DNA of 64,000 bases from Lophium mytilinum (GCA_010093605.1 MU004184.1:506801-570800); one strand, 5' to 3'. Shown: positions 1 through 12,740, numbered from the stretch's first letter. Translations and numbers: made by a program. Notes: generated from the sequence alone by a model not told the origin.

Positions 1-947
1 GGCCTTGACGACGGCGTTCTTGGGCGTAATGCTGCCATCAGTGCTGACGCGGAGCTCGAACATCGCGAACAACGGGTGCGGGACCTTGTACGCGGCGAAC
101 GTGACGCGGTCGTCCTTCAGCAGACGCGCGGTGATGAGGTTGCCCAGCGTGTGATCCTCCTTGTTGAAGGTGAAGGTCACGGTGTTCGGGATGCCTGGGG
201 ATGGGTGTTAGTCAGGGCCATGCAGATCAGGTGACGCGCGAGAATGTTTTGATGACGTAGTGAGGAGGGTGAGGGCAGACGTGAGGATGCGGGGATGGAT
301 GGGTGGATGGATGGGCGACTTACGGGTCTCTTCCTTCTGCTCGACCTTCTTCTCGCCCTCGGCGAGCAGGAACGTCTCGAACCTGTCCGGGATGTCAATG
401 CTGCCCACCTCGTTCAAGGTGTTTTCGTTTGCGTGGACGCCGGGCTGGAACGGAGCCATGAGGTTGTAGTGCTCTCGGTTGCGGTGCTGGGTGTCGGGGC
501 CGGTCAAGGCGGGGGTGCTGGTCTCGTTGTGTTCCGGCATGCTTGCTCTTGATGCGCGATCTGGTGATGAAGGAATGGGAAGTGGTGATGGAGTGATTGA
601 GTGACACGCACGAAGCAGGAGTGAATTGATTGCTTTGACAGTGGTGAAGACACAGAAGGAAGGTGGTGTTGTTGTGAGGTGGAGGAGGAAAGGAAAGGTC
701 TGGCGGGGGAAATTTATAGGCCAGCAGACGGGCGAGTGCGCGCTCCGGATCAACACGCCGCTCCGAAGCTGCGCACCTGCTCCGGATCACTGCACCACGC
801 TGCCGCTGCCGCCTCGGGGAAATGTGTGATCGGGAGGGGTTGAGATCGCGCATCGGCATGCCGCACCGCACCGAGAGAGCTTCTTCGCCGAGTTCGCACC
901 GGCCCGGGCGTCCACACGTGGTTGACGTACCTGTCAGGGGCGTTCAT
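1..947 (-). CDS. RPB11: DNA-directed RNA polymerase II subunit RPB11 (3' end runs off the window). Exons 947-931, 382-324, 194-<1
   Basis: Spliced translation MNAPDR|FETFLLAEGEKKVEQKEETR|IPNTVTFTFNKEDHTLGNLITARLLKDDRVTFAAYKVPHPLF carries the RPB11 signature (KEDHTLGN, YKVPHPL). Introns 930-383 (GTACGT..CAG) and 323-195 (GTAAGT..CTAAC..CAG) keep the frame. Confidence 0.93.
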
Positions 948-984
948 CTTGACGGCTGATGTCTGATGTGCTGTGGAGGGATGT

Positions 985-1409
985 CTAGAATAGACTGTCA
1001 GCGGGACAGTCCATGGGGGGGTCCGCGATTTGGGGTCGTACAGGTTGAAATTTGCTTGTCAGGTGACAGCGTTGGAGGTGTGCCTATCCATTATCATTAG
1101 CCACAGGTCTCTCATAATAGGCGTCCCATACAGGGTGACCAGGCATGTATGAGCTGGGGGAGGTACTGGGGGAGGTGGGCTTGGTGGGAGGTCGTAGATT
1201 CAAGGCCATTGGCCAGCGAGATGGGGGGATGGATGAGGACGTGTAAACAGTCCTAGGGGTGCAGAGACAGGAGGGAAAGAGACGACAGGAGAGTGCATAT
1301 GAGAGTGAGGAGGTTCGGGCAGATGAGGGAGCTCGTGAATCAGGACGCTGGCCCGTCGGATTGCGCCCGGCGACGCAGCGACGGGGAGAGGGAGAACAGG
1401 GTATCTTAC
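985..1409 (-). other. Two putative 5'UTR introns of RPB11 (1409-1084 and 1041-985)
   Basis: Minus strand: GTAAGA...GCTAAT...TAG (326 nt) and GTACGA...GCTGAC...TAG (57 nt), directly upstream of the RPB11 ATG. Confidence 0.55.
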
Positions 1410-1863
1410 AGGTCAAGGATGTCGTGGACGAGGTACAGACTGGAGTGTGTGGAGTGTGCAACGTGGACAGAGCGTGGTGTGGAGGGGGTGAAGCTGTCGC
1501 GGTGATGTTGGAGGATGAAGAAGTGAGGTTGGTCGCGAGTCAGAAGGCGCGGGACATTCTTTGTGGTTTGTATTACATACACACCGCTAACCCCCCTGCG
1601 CCAATCATTCGCGGGCTACACAGTCTTGGTAGGACCGAGGAAGCACCCTAGTAATACATTCTGCCGCCCCAAGACCCCTGCAGATGCCCTATGATACTCG
1701 ACAAGCCATGCACTGCCTCCAAGACGCTCAAGAAACCTCCAAGACCCTCCTAGCCTGCATGTAGGACTCAAATAGTCCTTCCAACAGCAGTCCACCGAGC
1801 TGCAAGCCTTGCAGCGTTGCGAGCGTGCCTGCAGCTTGCTTGCTCCGTCAAACCTGCCTCCTC

Positions 1864-4800
1864 TTAGCCTATGACCCTCCCAGCGACCGGCGGCCCGCTC
1901 TTGTCCTTCGTCTGCACCTTGCGAAGGCCCTTGCCCGACTGGATTTCGCCCAAGAGGCCTCCGATATTGGGTACAGCAGCCCTTGGGGCTGGCGGCATCC
2001 CTGGCGGAGGCGGAGGGGCGCCCCCTGTCGGCATGGGTGGCGGGGGCGGGGCACCGCCACTTGGCATCGGCGGGGCGGGCGGAGGACCCGTTGGCGACGC
2101 AACAGCAGGACTCTCAGCGCGAGGGCTCTTATTATCCATCGACGACAGCGGACGCGGCGGCGCCATGGTGCCAAAGAGGATTGAGGCCAGCTGCTTGGCG
2201 TTGCCCGCGCCGGCCGGGCGGTCATCGTCATCCGACGAGTCGTCGTTGTCGGAATCCACCACACTCCACTCATCCTCCTCCGGCCGCGCACGAGTACGAA
2301 TCGACGGAACAGAGGGCTCCGCAGCTGCCCGCGCATTCGACTCCTGCGTCAAACGATGGAACGGGTTCGTGGACACTTCGCTGGTGTTGCTGGGTGGGGG
2401 TGGGGGAGTTGGGATACTGGCAGCCTCGGAGGACTGCGCCATCTTCTTCAGGAACGGGTTCTTGGTCTCAGTATCAGTCATGCCAGCGTGCGGGCTAGTT
2501 ACTGAAGACGCAGGAGGGCTGGTGACTGAAGAAGGGGGCGTGATAGCCTGGCGCGGCACCGGGGGTGCTGCTGGAGGCATCGGCGGCGCAGCAGGGGGCG
2601 CGCTCTCCCTCTGCAACTCCTGACTGGCGGTAGGCGTGGTCTCCAGGGGTGTAATCTCCTGGGGACCTTCGTCGTCTGAAGAATCGTCGTCGTCGTCGAG
2701 GCTCTCAAGCTGGAGCTGCAGCTGTCGCTCCCGTTCCCTCGCTGCTTCAATCTCTGCTCGCTGAGCCGCCAGTCTCGATTCCTTCTCTTTCGCCTCCTTT
2801 TGCGCGGCATGCTTCCTTCTCTTCTCTTCTGCTTTCTGAACTTTCCCTTGCTTCACCTGCTCTTCCAATGCGCGGAGTCGGGCCTGAGCCGCCTCCCTTT
2901 CCTTTGCCAAGTCTTCTTCTTGGCGTCGCTCCTCATCCCTAGACTTTTGTTAGTCTCGCATACTTCATACAGATACATTCCTAACTTACTCCATCCTCTT
3001 CGTCTCAGCTTCCTGCGCATCCTGCTGCTCGCGCAACGCGTTTTCTGCGCTTTCATGCTCAGCTCTCTTCGCCTCCGCTTCCGCTTGCTTCACATCATTC
3101 TGCGCACTATCGGCTTTCCCCTTTCGCACAGGGGGTGGCGGCGGCCCAGGCTTCTTCGGAGATGCCTTGGTAATAGTAGGCGGGCCTGCATGTTCTTCAG
3201 CCAGTCTTCGCTGCCTCTCCTCTTCTCGCCGAGCGTCTTCTTCCTCAGCTTGTCGAAGCTTCTCTTCTCGTTCTTTCTTCTCCCGCTCTTGTCGCTGCTG
3301 CGCATTCTCACCAGACTTGACAGGTGGGCGAAGTCCCAAAGCCGCGAGTCTCTCCGCCATCTTCTGCTCCGCCTGCTGCTTAATGAACGCCGCACGCTCT
3401 TCTGCAGTCTTATATGACGAGTAATTCGATCCCCCAGCCGGCGTGGGAGTCGCCGAAGGGCGTGACGTTGGCTCAGGGGTTCGGGCCGGGCTTTCATAAC
3501 GCGACGCCGACGCCGATCTCGCCGAATCTTCGGCACGGGGAGCCGATCCATAGCGATCTCCCGACTTACTGCCAGGTAGGTTAGCATAAGGTTTGCACGT
3601 GACTTTGCGGGCTACCCACTCTTCCTTGCGGATCCTCGTCGAGCGACTGCTGCGCTGGAGATCGAAGATGAAGTCCTTGACGTCTTCCTCCACGCCGAGT
3701 CCATCTTCCCAGCGACGACGCTCATGTTCACTGCTGGCATCATGCCCACCGTCTTTGAGGCTGTCCACCAAGCTCTTGCTGTACTCCGTGACGCTGTCCT
3801 CAACATCTCTAACCATGCGTTCGTTGTTTTCTTTCTCAGTTCGGACACGAGAGTTCTCTTCTTCAACGCGCTTGGCGGCCGCGCCAGCATCGTCTTGACT
3901 CTTGGGTGCAGGCTTGCCGGTCAAAGCAGCAGAGCGCGCTTCCATCATTGCCTTTGCGCGAGCCTTGAGGCGATCGGATTCAGTCACAGAGCCCCCTGGG
4001 CCGGTACCGACGATTGGCGCTCCCGAGTTGGGATGCGCTTTAGCATCTTTCAGTCTGAAAAGTTCAAGTTTGGCATCCGCGATCTCGCGTTCTGCGCGAC
4101 GCACGTCCGATGCAAGTTGTGGCAGGCGATCAGTCAAGCCCTGGAGCTGTCTGCGAAGAGTTCTCCGTTCCGCATCAGACTCACCCGAGCGCATAGATGC
4201 GCCAGGGTGGCTGTCGATGTCTTCCTGCACACGTCGAATGCGACGATACAAGTCATCGGCCTCGCGTCGGTCTCGGCGGTCGAGGGCGTCGTCTTCGTCC
4301 GCACGGTTCTCGTCCTGAGTGTCTAGCGCGTCGAGGAGCACCTGTTTTTCTCTGACTGACTTGCGAAGCTGATCCACGGAGAGCTCGTCTGCTGATCGTT
4401 CAGATGCCGGGGAGGTCGGGGTCGCTGGGGATGGCGAACGGCCGCCAGCTCCGAGGCGATGACGTGCACTAGAGCGATACCCGACGTTGTCATCGTTGTT
4501 CTTGAAGACCGTCGCGTCTTTGCGACCGCTGCTGATGGGGCTGCCTTGACGGAATGAGTGCGACTTAAGATAGCTGACACCAGTACGCTGTGGTTGGAGG
4601 AATGCCCCGGTGTTCTTCCTCTCCTCCGCATCCCGAGAGAGCAATGATTTCATAGTGCCGATCGATTCGTTAAAATTTCGAGTCGATGGTGGCACTAATT
4701 CAGGGGGAAGGCGATTCGGCACGGGATAGCCGTTGAGCTTGCGGTAGATTAGATGCATGGCGACGGCAAACTCGTCGAGGTTGAGGCGGCCCCTATCGGC

Positions 4801-6315
4801 TGAATCCGCCAGGGTCCAGATGCGCTCGAGATCGGGTTTGGGAAGACCACTCTGCCCAAAGATTTCCAGAGACTGTTCACCGGAGATGTACCCACGTCCA
4901 AACCCATCCCATGCCTTGAATGTCTCATCGTAGAGCTTTTTCTCGGGCTTCGTGATGGCCCAGGGGATCGTGGCATTTCCGCTGAGTCCTGTTGTGGTAT
5001 ATCCGCCCTGCTCCCGGCCCTGCTGCGGCATCATTTGCTGTTGTAGCGCTTCAATGTTGGGCAGGCCGGTAGCAGGTGCATTGACCAGTCCCCATTGCCC
5101 CGGCATCCCGGTTGGTTGAGCGTTGAGCGGGGCCATGCCAGTTTGCGTAGGAGTGAGATTCGAGCCATAGCCAGTTGGCATAGGGGGCATTGGCGGTCGC
5201 GGACCGTTGTAGCCAGTTGGCTGAGGCATCCCATATCCAGTAGGCTGTGGCTGCATTCCCGTCTGCTGCGGCTGGAAGCCCTGCGGTTGCGACGGATACC
5301 CAGTCATCTGAGGCGTAAACCCCGTGGGCTGCGAGACCAATTGCGAGAGCAGCGCACTATTTGATGGCTGAGGTTGCGGTTGTTGTATCGCAGGCAACTG
5401 CTGATTGTTCTGTTGCGGCTCATCAAAGCTAGGGGCATTGGGCGATGGCCTCGGACGGCCCGGCTTCGTCGGCTGCGCGTCGTCCGCAATGCCAAAAGAT
5501 ATAATGTCCACCATGCCTGACACTTCGTTTTGTATGCGCTCCGGCAGAGCATTAGGTAGTTCCTTTCCCGTAAGCGCAAGATTACATAGGTACATGGCGA
5601 GTGCGAATTCGGGGAATAGGAGTTGGCCCGATTTGGTCGTGTCGGACAGAGTCCTGCGTCGCATTAGCAGTGAATTTACTACAAGATTCACATTCACATA
5701 CCAGATATGAGACAGTGCATCCCCAGTAAGCTTGGACCTCAGAAGCAGATCCCGAGCCTTGTCGCCTGACAGCGCCTGTCCATTCCCAGCCGCAGACTTG
5801 AACAGCTGCTCGAACTTGGCCTGGTCCGTTACTGTTATGAACGACAGCCTGATATTCGGGATCTTCGAAGACGCAATCTTCGGCAGAGGTGGAGGCGCCT
5901 GCGACGAGTTTCCTCGAAAGGAGTCCGCCATCTGCGCCGACGTCATGCCCGTAGGCTGTGGGACCTGCTGAGGAGCCTGGGGAGCCTGGAGCTGCTGCTG
6001 AGGCATTGTAGGGTTGATTTGTCCCGTCTGGAAAGACTGCTGCGGTTGAGCTTGCTGGAAGTTCTGCTGCTGCTGGCCTGGATACCCCGTGAATTGCGGT
6101 TGCTGCTGGGGAGCGAACTGCTGTTGCGGCGGAGGCTGCTGGCCCGGAAACCCAGTGAATTGACTCTGCAGCGGAGGAGCGCCATATCCGGTTTGCTGAG
6201 GCTGGAAGCCCTGGGGTTGCTGTTGCTGGAATGACTGTTGCTGCTGACCATACTGAGGCTGGCCGGGCCGGGAGCTATTGGCGCCCCCTAAGTACGAGTT
6301 CGAGCCGGAAAACAT
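1864..6315 (-). CDS. PAN1: Actin cytoskeleton-regulatory complex protein Pan1 (EH domains, coiled coil, Pro-rich tail with WH2 motif); about 3 short introns near 5700-5650, 3620-3570 and 2990-2940
   Basis: Gln-rich N-terminus with QxTG repeats, two EH domains ([47 protein letters not shown]), C-terminal poly-Pro plus [16 protein letters not shown] (WH2). Confidence 0.95.
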
Positions 6316-6570
6316 GGTGCTTCAGGGCACGCAGTGAAGCCGGCGCGGGCGATTCGCCGTAGAGACGGTGAGGATGTAGGAATGAGGGGAGACCTGGGGA
6401 GTCGAGGTCAAGTGGTAGTGGAGCGGTCGGGGGTGTGCGGTTGTCTGTGCTGTCCACTGCGCGTGAAGCGTGGGTAAGCTAGCGTCGTCATAAACGCCAA
6501 GTGCGACTGAGGCTGTGGAGACGACGCGGACACCACCAACTATTCACCAACACCGAGGTTCAGCGTCAGG

Positions 6571-6886
6571 ATGGCTGCTCAGCAGAATGGGAAGCCGGGG
6601 AATGTGTTGCAGGAGCCAGATTTCGCTCAGGTTGGTGTTGCTGCGGCGCCTGGGCTAGGTACAGTGAACTGACATCCATCCGCAGGCGTTCCAGGAGCTT
6701 GCCCGAGGCGAACAAACAGCTGCTGCACTCGAGAGCTCGCTCGACAAGGTTGAGAGGATGATGGACGAGTTCCTGGCCAAAGCTGAAGAGGAGAAGGAGG
6801 CAAAACAGGCTCTGGCGGGTATCGGAAGCAAAGCGAAGTCACAAACAACCACCGTCGACTCGGACACAGCCAATGACACGTCTTGA
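6571..6886 (+). CDS. Small 86-aa predicted helical/coiled-coil protein, two exons (6571-6630, 6686-6886); absent from the ORF track
   Basis: ATG...GCTCAG|GTTGGT...ACTGAC...CGCAG| 55-nt intron; translation MAAQQNGKPGNVLQEPDFAQAFQELARGEQTAAALESSLDKVERMMDEFLAKAEEEKEAK...DTS*; coding-like codon usage; divergent from PAN1. Confidence 0.75.
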
Positions 6887-7348
6887 GATCGGACTCTGCA
6901 TCTAGGGCGTTCAAGCCATACGTTGCATACAACACTTTTTGGCGTAAAGCATAGATGGGTTGCTCAGGGGTGGTCTCAGGTCCGACTTTAGTTATACACG
7001 ATCCAGCACTTCTACACCCTGAGAGATTGCTCTCTTGTGAGCTTCCTCAAAGCCCCGGCACTGCGTCAAGCGCTATAGAAACCACAATCGCTTCCTGCTA
7101 TGTCTTGTACATCGGACAGGTGAGAGGGAGGGCGGGTTGTAGCTGCAAATGCTGAAAAGAACCTTAAAAACTCCAATTTCACCATGCTCTGCCACTTTTT
7201 ACGAGCTGCCCTATTTTCATCCCAATGCTTTAAACGCCCTACAAATCAACTCCCTTGCCGCAGCAGTAGATGCTTCAAGCAGCCGAGGCCGAAGGTTGAT
7301 TTTTCATCATGTTGTACAGTACGAACCAGAGCTCCATCATCGTCCTCT

Positions 7349-8547
7349 TCAGTCTTCAGGAGTCGCGTCCATTATCTCGTACAGGTTGAAACTCCCATCC
7401 TCCCGCCTCTCAACTACTCCCTTATCAGTGATAATAGCATCAATCAACTCATGTGGGGTGACGTCGAATGCCGGATTCCAGACGTTGATACCAGGTGCGG
7501 CGATGCTGACCTGCTCGACAACGCTCGTATCGAGGTGCACTCCATCGTAGCGCGGCCCCTTGATCATGGTAACCTCCTTGCCGTCTCGCTCTTCAATGAC
7601 AATGTCGTTTCCGGACTTCGTAGACAGGTCAATGGTTGTTCGTGGAGCTGCTACTAGGAACTTGATGCCGTGGTGCTTAGCAACAATCGCGAGCTGGTAT
7701 GTGCCGATCTTGTTCGCTGTGTCTCCATTGCGAGCAACACGGTCTGCCCCAACCACTATCGCTTGAATGTTGCTGCTGGCGCCCTTCTGTTGTAAGAGAG
7801 CAGACGCCATTGAGTCAGTGATGAGCGTAGCTGGAATCTGGTCATGGACAAGCTCGAAAGCCGTCAACCTCGAGCCTTGGTTATACGGCCGCGTCTCTGT
7901 GCAATAAGCACGCTCTAGCAGCCCATTCTGGTGCAGATAGCGAATAACACCCAGAGCTGTCCCATACCCAGCCGTAGCGAGAGACCTTTCAAGAAATCAG
8001 AAACGATCTCACTGAACCCCAAAGCGAGATCATCTTACCCAGTATTGCAATGCGTCAACACACTCACCTTCCTCCCCATCCCACCCCCCAACTCCTCAAT
8101 CCACCGCCCCCCAAACTCCCCAATCCTCTCATTATCCCTCACATCATGCTCCAGCATCACCTCCGCCGCCTGCACATACGCCTCCCTCACTCCTGTCCCC
8201 GTCTTAAGGAAGGGTAGGGCGTCCTCCACAACCCCCACCAGCTCCCTCGCCGCCGTCCCCAGATTAACCGCCGTCGGCCGGCTCGTGACCAGATACGCCA
8301 GCTTCTCCTTAATAAACACAGCCACCTCCTCCCCGACCTCGGAGATCTTGATGGTTTCTAGCTCGACTGCTAGCGAGAGCGCGGCGACGATCGCGATTGC
8401 GGGCGCGCCGCGGGTCCGCATGGCTTTGATGGCATGCCAGGCGTCCGTGGAGGAGTAGATGGCGTCCCAGTGCTCTTCGTGGGGGAGTTTGGTTTGGTCG
8501 AGGATTTGGAGCTGGCCGCGTGTGTATTTGATGGCGGAGAGGACCAT
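7349..8547 (-). CDS. MRI1: Methylthioribose-1-phosphate isomerase (methionine salvage), one intron 8038-7986
   Basis: Motifs [81 protein letters not shown]. Confidence 0.95.
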
Positions 8548-9721
8548 TTTGGGTGTGGTAGGAGGTGGGAATGGGGAAACAATAAGGGAGGTAGAGCTTT
8601 TGGTGGGTTGTGGCAGAAAAAGTTGGGTGAGGGGCGAGGCGGTCTGGCGGACCACCGAGGGGTAGGTTCGGGAGGTTTTGATTGGCTGAGGGCCGGGGAT
8701 GGTTGTTTTTATTGGTGTGATTGTGGTGTTTAAACGTGGGCGTGGGAATTAGTGGGGTAAGGAAGGAGCTATCAGCAACTTGCATAGACTTTACTATTTA
8801 TATAAGACGGCGGACAGTAGTAAGTCGAGGCTGTACTTGTTAGAGCATTGAAATGCCCAGGCGTATTGTTGTCAACCCTGCAAATCAAAGATATGTTTAC
8901 TGCAGGAGCACGAGGCCTAGTATTACATTAAGTACTAGTGGTGTTTGGAGAATATCGATGGGACCTCCAAGCATCGATCATTGTTTATTAGACATTGGCT
9001 GATGTTAAAATACTAGAACGAGTCAATCCACACCCCTTCTAAACACGAGCTTCGCTTCCCGTATAATCTAATGTAAATGTTCGTACAGTTGCTTTTAAAG
9101 GTAAATTCACTTGCTTGCATTCTGCTTTCACGGTACATCAGTTACTGCTGTCTTTAGTAAAACTTCTTCTCGGACATATTCTAAAACGGTGCTATAAAAT
9201 GATCCAGTTGTGCAGATACAAACAAACCTCTATTCGGCATTATAATATTTGACAGCTATATATAGCGATATTTTCAAAGTAATGTAAATCTACTACTGTT
9301 CTATAGCGGGTCGGCCGGGACGAAGCAGCTAATCAGAGGATTAGATAACACGGGGACTGAAAGGGGGGTGCCTATTTCCTAGCTCCCAAATTATTAGCGC
9401 AATTGGGCTCCATTTGCCAATAATTGGCGAACATCGACGAGAATCGCAGATTGATGTTTGGAAGCGCACATATTAATGTCACAGCGTGTCTGTCACAGTG
9501 TGATTTGAGCATAGTAAACAGTTGAATAGTATTATTAGAAGCACTTCAAGACTTGCTAACTACATGGAAACTCCACCCGCTATGCCGAAGAGTGTTTTTT
9601 GGGGTTTTTTGTTTGTGATTTGATGTTGTGTTGAGAGAGAGAAAAGGAGTGAAAGACAGGAGGACTGTGCAATGTGATAAGCCGACTCCCTCCCTCATCC
9701 ATCCATCCATCCACCCATCAT

Positions 9722-10411
9722 CTACTCAACCTGAATGCGGCGAACCTCCTGCTTCGCCTTCTTCGGGATGATGACGCTGAGAACCCCATTCTTGAGGCTT
9801 GCCTTCACATTCTCCTGATCCACCAGCGTCGGGAAGCTGAACGAGCGATGGAACTCGCCTACCGAGCGCTCGGTGATCCAGTACCTCGAAGTCGGCTTCG
9901 GCTTCGGCTTCTCCGCCGCGACCTCGCCAGCCGCAGGCGTCTTCGCGACTTCCGTCTTTTCGGATCCGGTAGCCGGGGCGGTGCTTGATTCGGCAGGGTC
10001 GGCGGCGTCTTCGACAGTCGCTTTGTGGTAGTGTGATTCCGATCCGTTCTCAGACTCGTGGCCTTGTGCTTCTGTGGTCTCCCATCCTTCTTCTTGGACT
10101 TTCTCGGGGGCGTCACCCTCGGTGCGGTTGTACTCGGTACGGCCGTGGATGCTCAGGACGTTGCCCTCGGACCACTCGATCTCGACGTTCTTCTGCTCGA
10201 TGCCGGGGAGTTCGCCATGAAGCTCGTAGCCGGTCTTGGTTTCCTTGATGTCGAACTTGGGGGCGAAGGTCAAGGTTTGTTGGGTCTCAGCGAGACGGCG
10301 ACGCAGGGACTGCGGGCGGTTCACTGGCTCCTCGAGGAGGTTGAGGAGGGAGAAGAGATCATTTTGGTTGGAAGAGTGGGTGGTATTAAAGAAGGGGCGG
10401 AAGAGAGACAT
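9722..10411 (-). CDS. Small heat shock protein (HSP20/alpha-crystallin, fungal Hsp30-type), 229 aa, single exon
   Basis: FAPKFDIKET..YELHGELPGIEQKNVEIEW and YWITERSVGEFHRSFSFP..VKASLKNGVLSVIIPK. True start is probably MSLFRPFF (10411), downstream of a TATA box. Confidence 0.93.
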   Translation of the reverse strand: MSLFRPFFNTTHSSNQNDLFSLLNLLEEPVNRPQSLRRRLAETQQTLTFAPKFDIKETKTGYELHGELPGIEQKNVEIEWSEGNVLSIHGRTEYNRTEGDAPEKVQEEGWETTEAQGHESENGSESHYHKATVEDAADPAESSTAPATGSEKTEVAKTPAAGEVAAEKPKPKPTSRYWITERSVGEFHRSFSFPTLVDQENVKASLKNGVLSVIIPKKAKQEVRRIQVE

Positions 10412-10548
10412 TTTGCGTGTTGTTGGTGGTTTGCAGAGAGGTAGTGCTCGTTTGGTAATGAGTTTGATTGTTGGAGTTGAGGCTCGAAGTGATTGCATGA
10501 GAGGACTTTGTTGTGATGAGGAGGACTTGAGGGCTGGCAAGTGGGTAG

Positions 10549-10890
10549 TTATATACTGGAGGTTGCCGTTCTGGAAAGCACGAGAGGCACCTCGTAATCT
10601 GGTGACGAAAGCATGGCGAATTGTCGTGAGGGTTCTGGAAAGCGCGAGAACTCTCACGATGCTGCCATATCCGTCTGCTTTCTCATCCCAGGCAAGCACC
10701 AGTTGCGTTATGGCCAATAGCAATCATGCCAACGCGACGCCTGGAGCTTACTACACTCAACCAGAAAGTTCCTCCGACTGCTTTAGGGCTGCTTCGTTGA
10801 CGAACCATCTCGCCTCCCCCAGCATGTTCTGGAAGTTTCCGTGTATCACGTGACATCCATCACCAACCACCACGCCCGCGTGGAATTCTG
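10549..10890 (-). promoter_or_regulatory. HSP20 promoter: TATA box and clustered heat-shock elements (nGAAn inverted repeats)
   Basis: TATATAA on the minus strand at about 10549-10555; TTCtgGAA at 10569 and 10633, GAAagTTC at 10764, perfect three-unit TTCtgGAAgtTTC at 10827-10839. Confidence 0.8.
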
Positions 10891-12740
10891 GGATGTCAAA
10901 CATGAAACGCGGAGTGCAGACACGAACCCACATTGTGCCAGACCATGCACTCAACCGCCGTGGCGGTTTGTGGGTGAGCGCTATTCTGCACGCCCCCATT
11001 CGCTGCCCCATCTTTTGCCACCCCCTTCGAAGGACGCAAGCCATCGAGCCCATCAGCGGGAGATATTGGTGATACCTGGATCGGCGTAGATTTCGAGTTG
11101 CCGGTTGCCGCGGCGGAGCATGTACTCAATAGTCGAGAAGTCTTTCTTGTTGAGGTGAATGTGTTCCCGGAATTCTTTTCTGGGGTGGCTTAGCAATCAG
11201 ATCCATCAAGGTTAGTAGAGCTAGAAAAAGTGAATTCGAACCGTGTGAAGTCTTCAAAGTTCTTTCGAGTTTCCTAGAGTCTAGTTAGCTTGGTGTTTTG
11301 ATGGAACAGGTGAAGAGTCGATGACTTCAAGGACTTACAGCAGGCTTCGCTCTCGCCGCCCTTAGGCATTGGCGGTAGAGCGCTAGCACGTCCCTCTGAA
11401 GTCCCGATAGCTTTGCCATTGGAACTCTCCAAGATAGAGACAAAGCAAATAGCAAAATAAGTAGCACAACGCAACAGAAGACGTCTAGAAAATCTTTAAG
11501 ATGTGCAGGGATAGGCCAGATGACGCTTCGATAACCTTGCCGAAGTAGCCGACCGGGAGACCCAGCGCGGGCCGCCAGCCGAATAGCCTATCAAGGGCTG
11601 CCGTCACTTCAACACCAAGCACGAAACTCAACACCCTCGCGATAGTAGTCATGAACATTTGCACGTGTTATGCGATATATGGGATTTACTGGTGGCTGAA
11701 GTTTGACATTGAAGTTGAATAAATCTGAGATGATCAATAGCGCACCTCATGCAGCCACGTCTGAAAGCGACGACGACCCCGCTCAGCCTGCAGATTGTGC
11801 GGGTGGCACAGCTGTCCGTGGTGAACGTAGCCTTCAGCTCTTATCTCTGCTTGATCTTCTTTATTCTGCGTGGTTCCTTTGCCGCTGCTGTGAATTTTGA
11901 AAGCAAACATATTGTTTCGTGATTGATATCCAATTCGACTACATTGTTGCGCTTTCTGGTAGCCCTGCCGACATGCGATCTAAAAGACGCTTCATAAGAG
12001 AAGCATTACACGATAGAGTCATAGCGCAAATGCAGAGAGCGAGAATGAGTACGGGGATGCCAGATCCCCGAGCGAAGAACGTAGGAATACACTACAAGAA
12101 AACCACAAATACAGCGACTAGCAAACATGGTTGAAATCAGAACAAAACCAAATGTATGTTTTACAGAACGTTTTATCATTTCGCACGACATAAACCACGC
12201 AGAAAAGAGAATCAAGAACAGGGTACGGTACAGTGCTCCAGCAGATAGCTCATCTATGTTTTGGGGTTTTCGTTTGGGCATAATGAGTAGGAAAACAAAT
12301 GTAAAAACAACAAGTACGAAGCTGACCAGTCACTAGCCCACTTCAAAACGAACCAGGACTGTTACATCCCTTTTCTCCGACCGACCCGATGCGAAACCCT
12401 GATTAGAGGAGCCAGTCTCCAATCCGAAAGGAAACAGTGGGAATAAATGCCCGCGGGGATGTTGGAGCGCCAATGAGGGTGGAAGGAAACCACAGAGGCT
12501 TGTGCTAGCAAAGAAAGAGAGAAAGGAGAGAGGTGGTAATACAAGTTCAAGAACAAGAGGCACAATACAAGAAACAGTCGGAAAATAAAGGTGTTAGGGT
12601 CCCGAAAGTCATCAGGTCAAGACGACGAAGACGAGCGATCGGCCACATTATCGTAGAAATGCGTTGATGGGCCATGATACAGTGTCGCATAAGCCATCGG
12701 TCGTGGAAGGGCGTCAACATGGGTTCCGAAGCGGGCGGTA

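Noticed and set aside
8800..9700. AT-rich intergenic stretch as a transposon relic
   Set aside because: No terminal repeats, target-site duplication or transposase remnants visible.
10412..10723. N-terminal extension of the HSP20 ORF
   Set aside because: It overlaps the TATA box and HSEs and has a non-ATG start; the family-typical start is MSLF at 10411.
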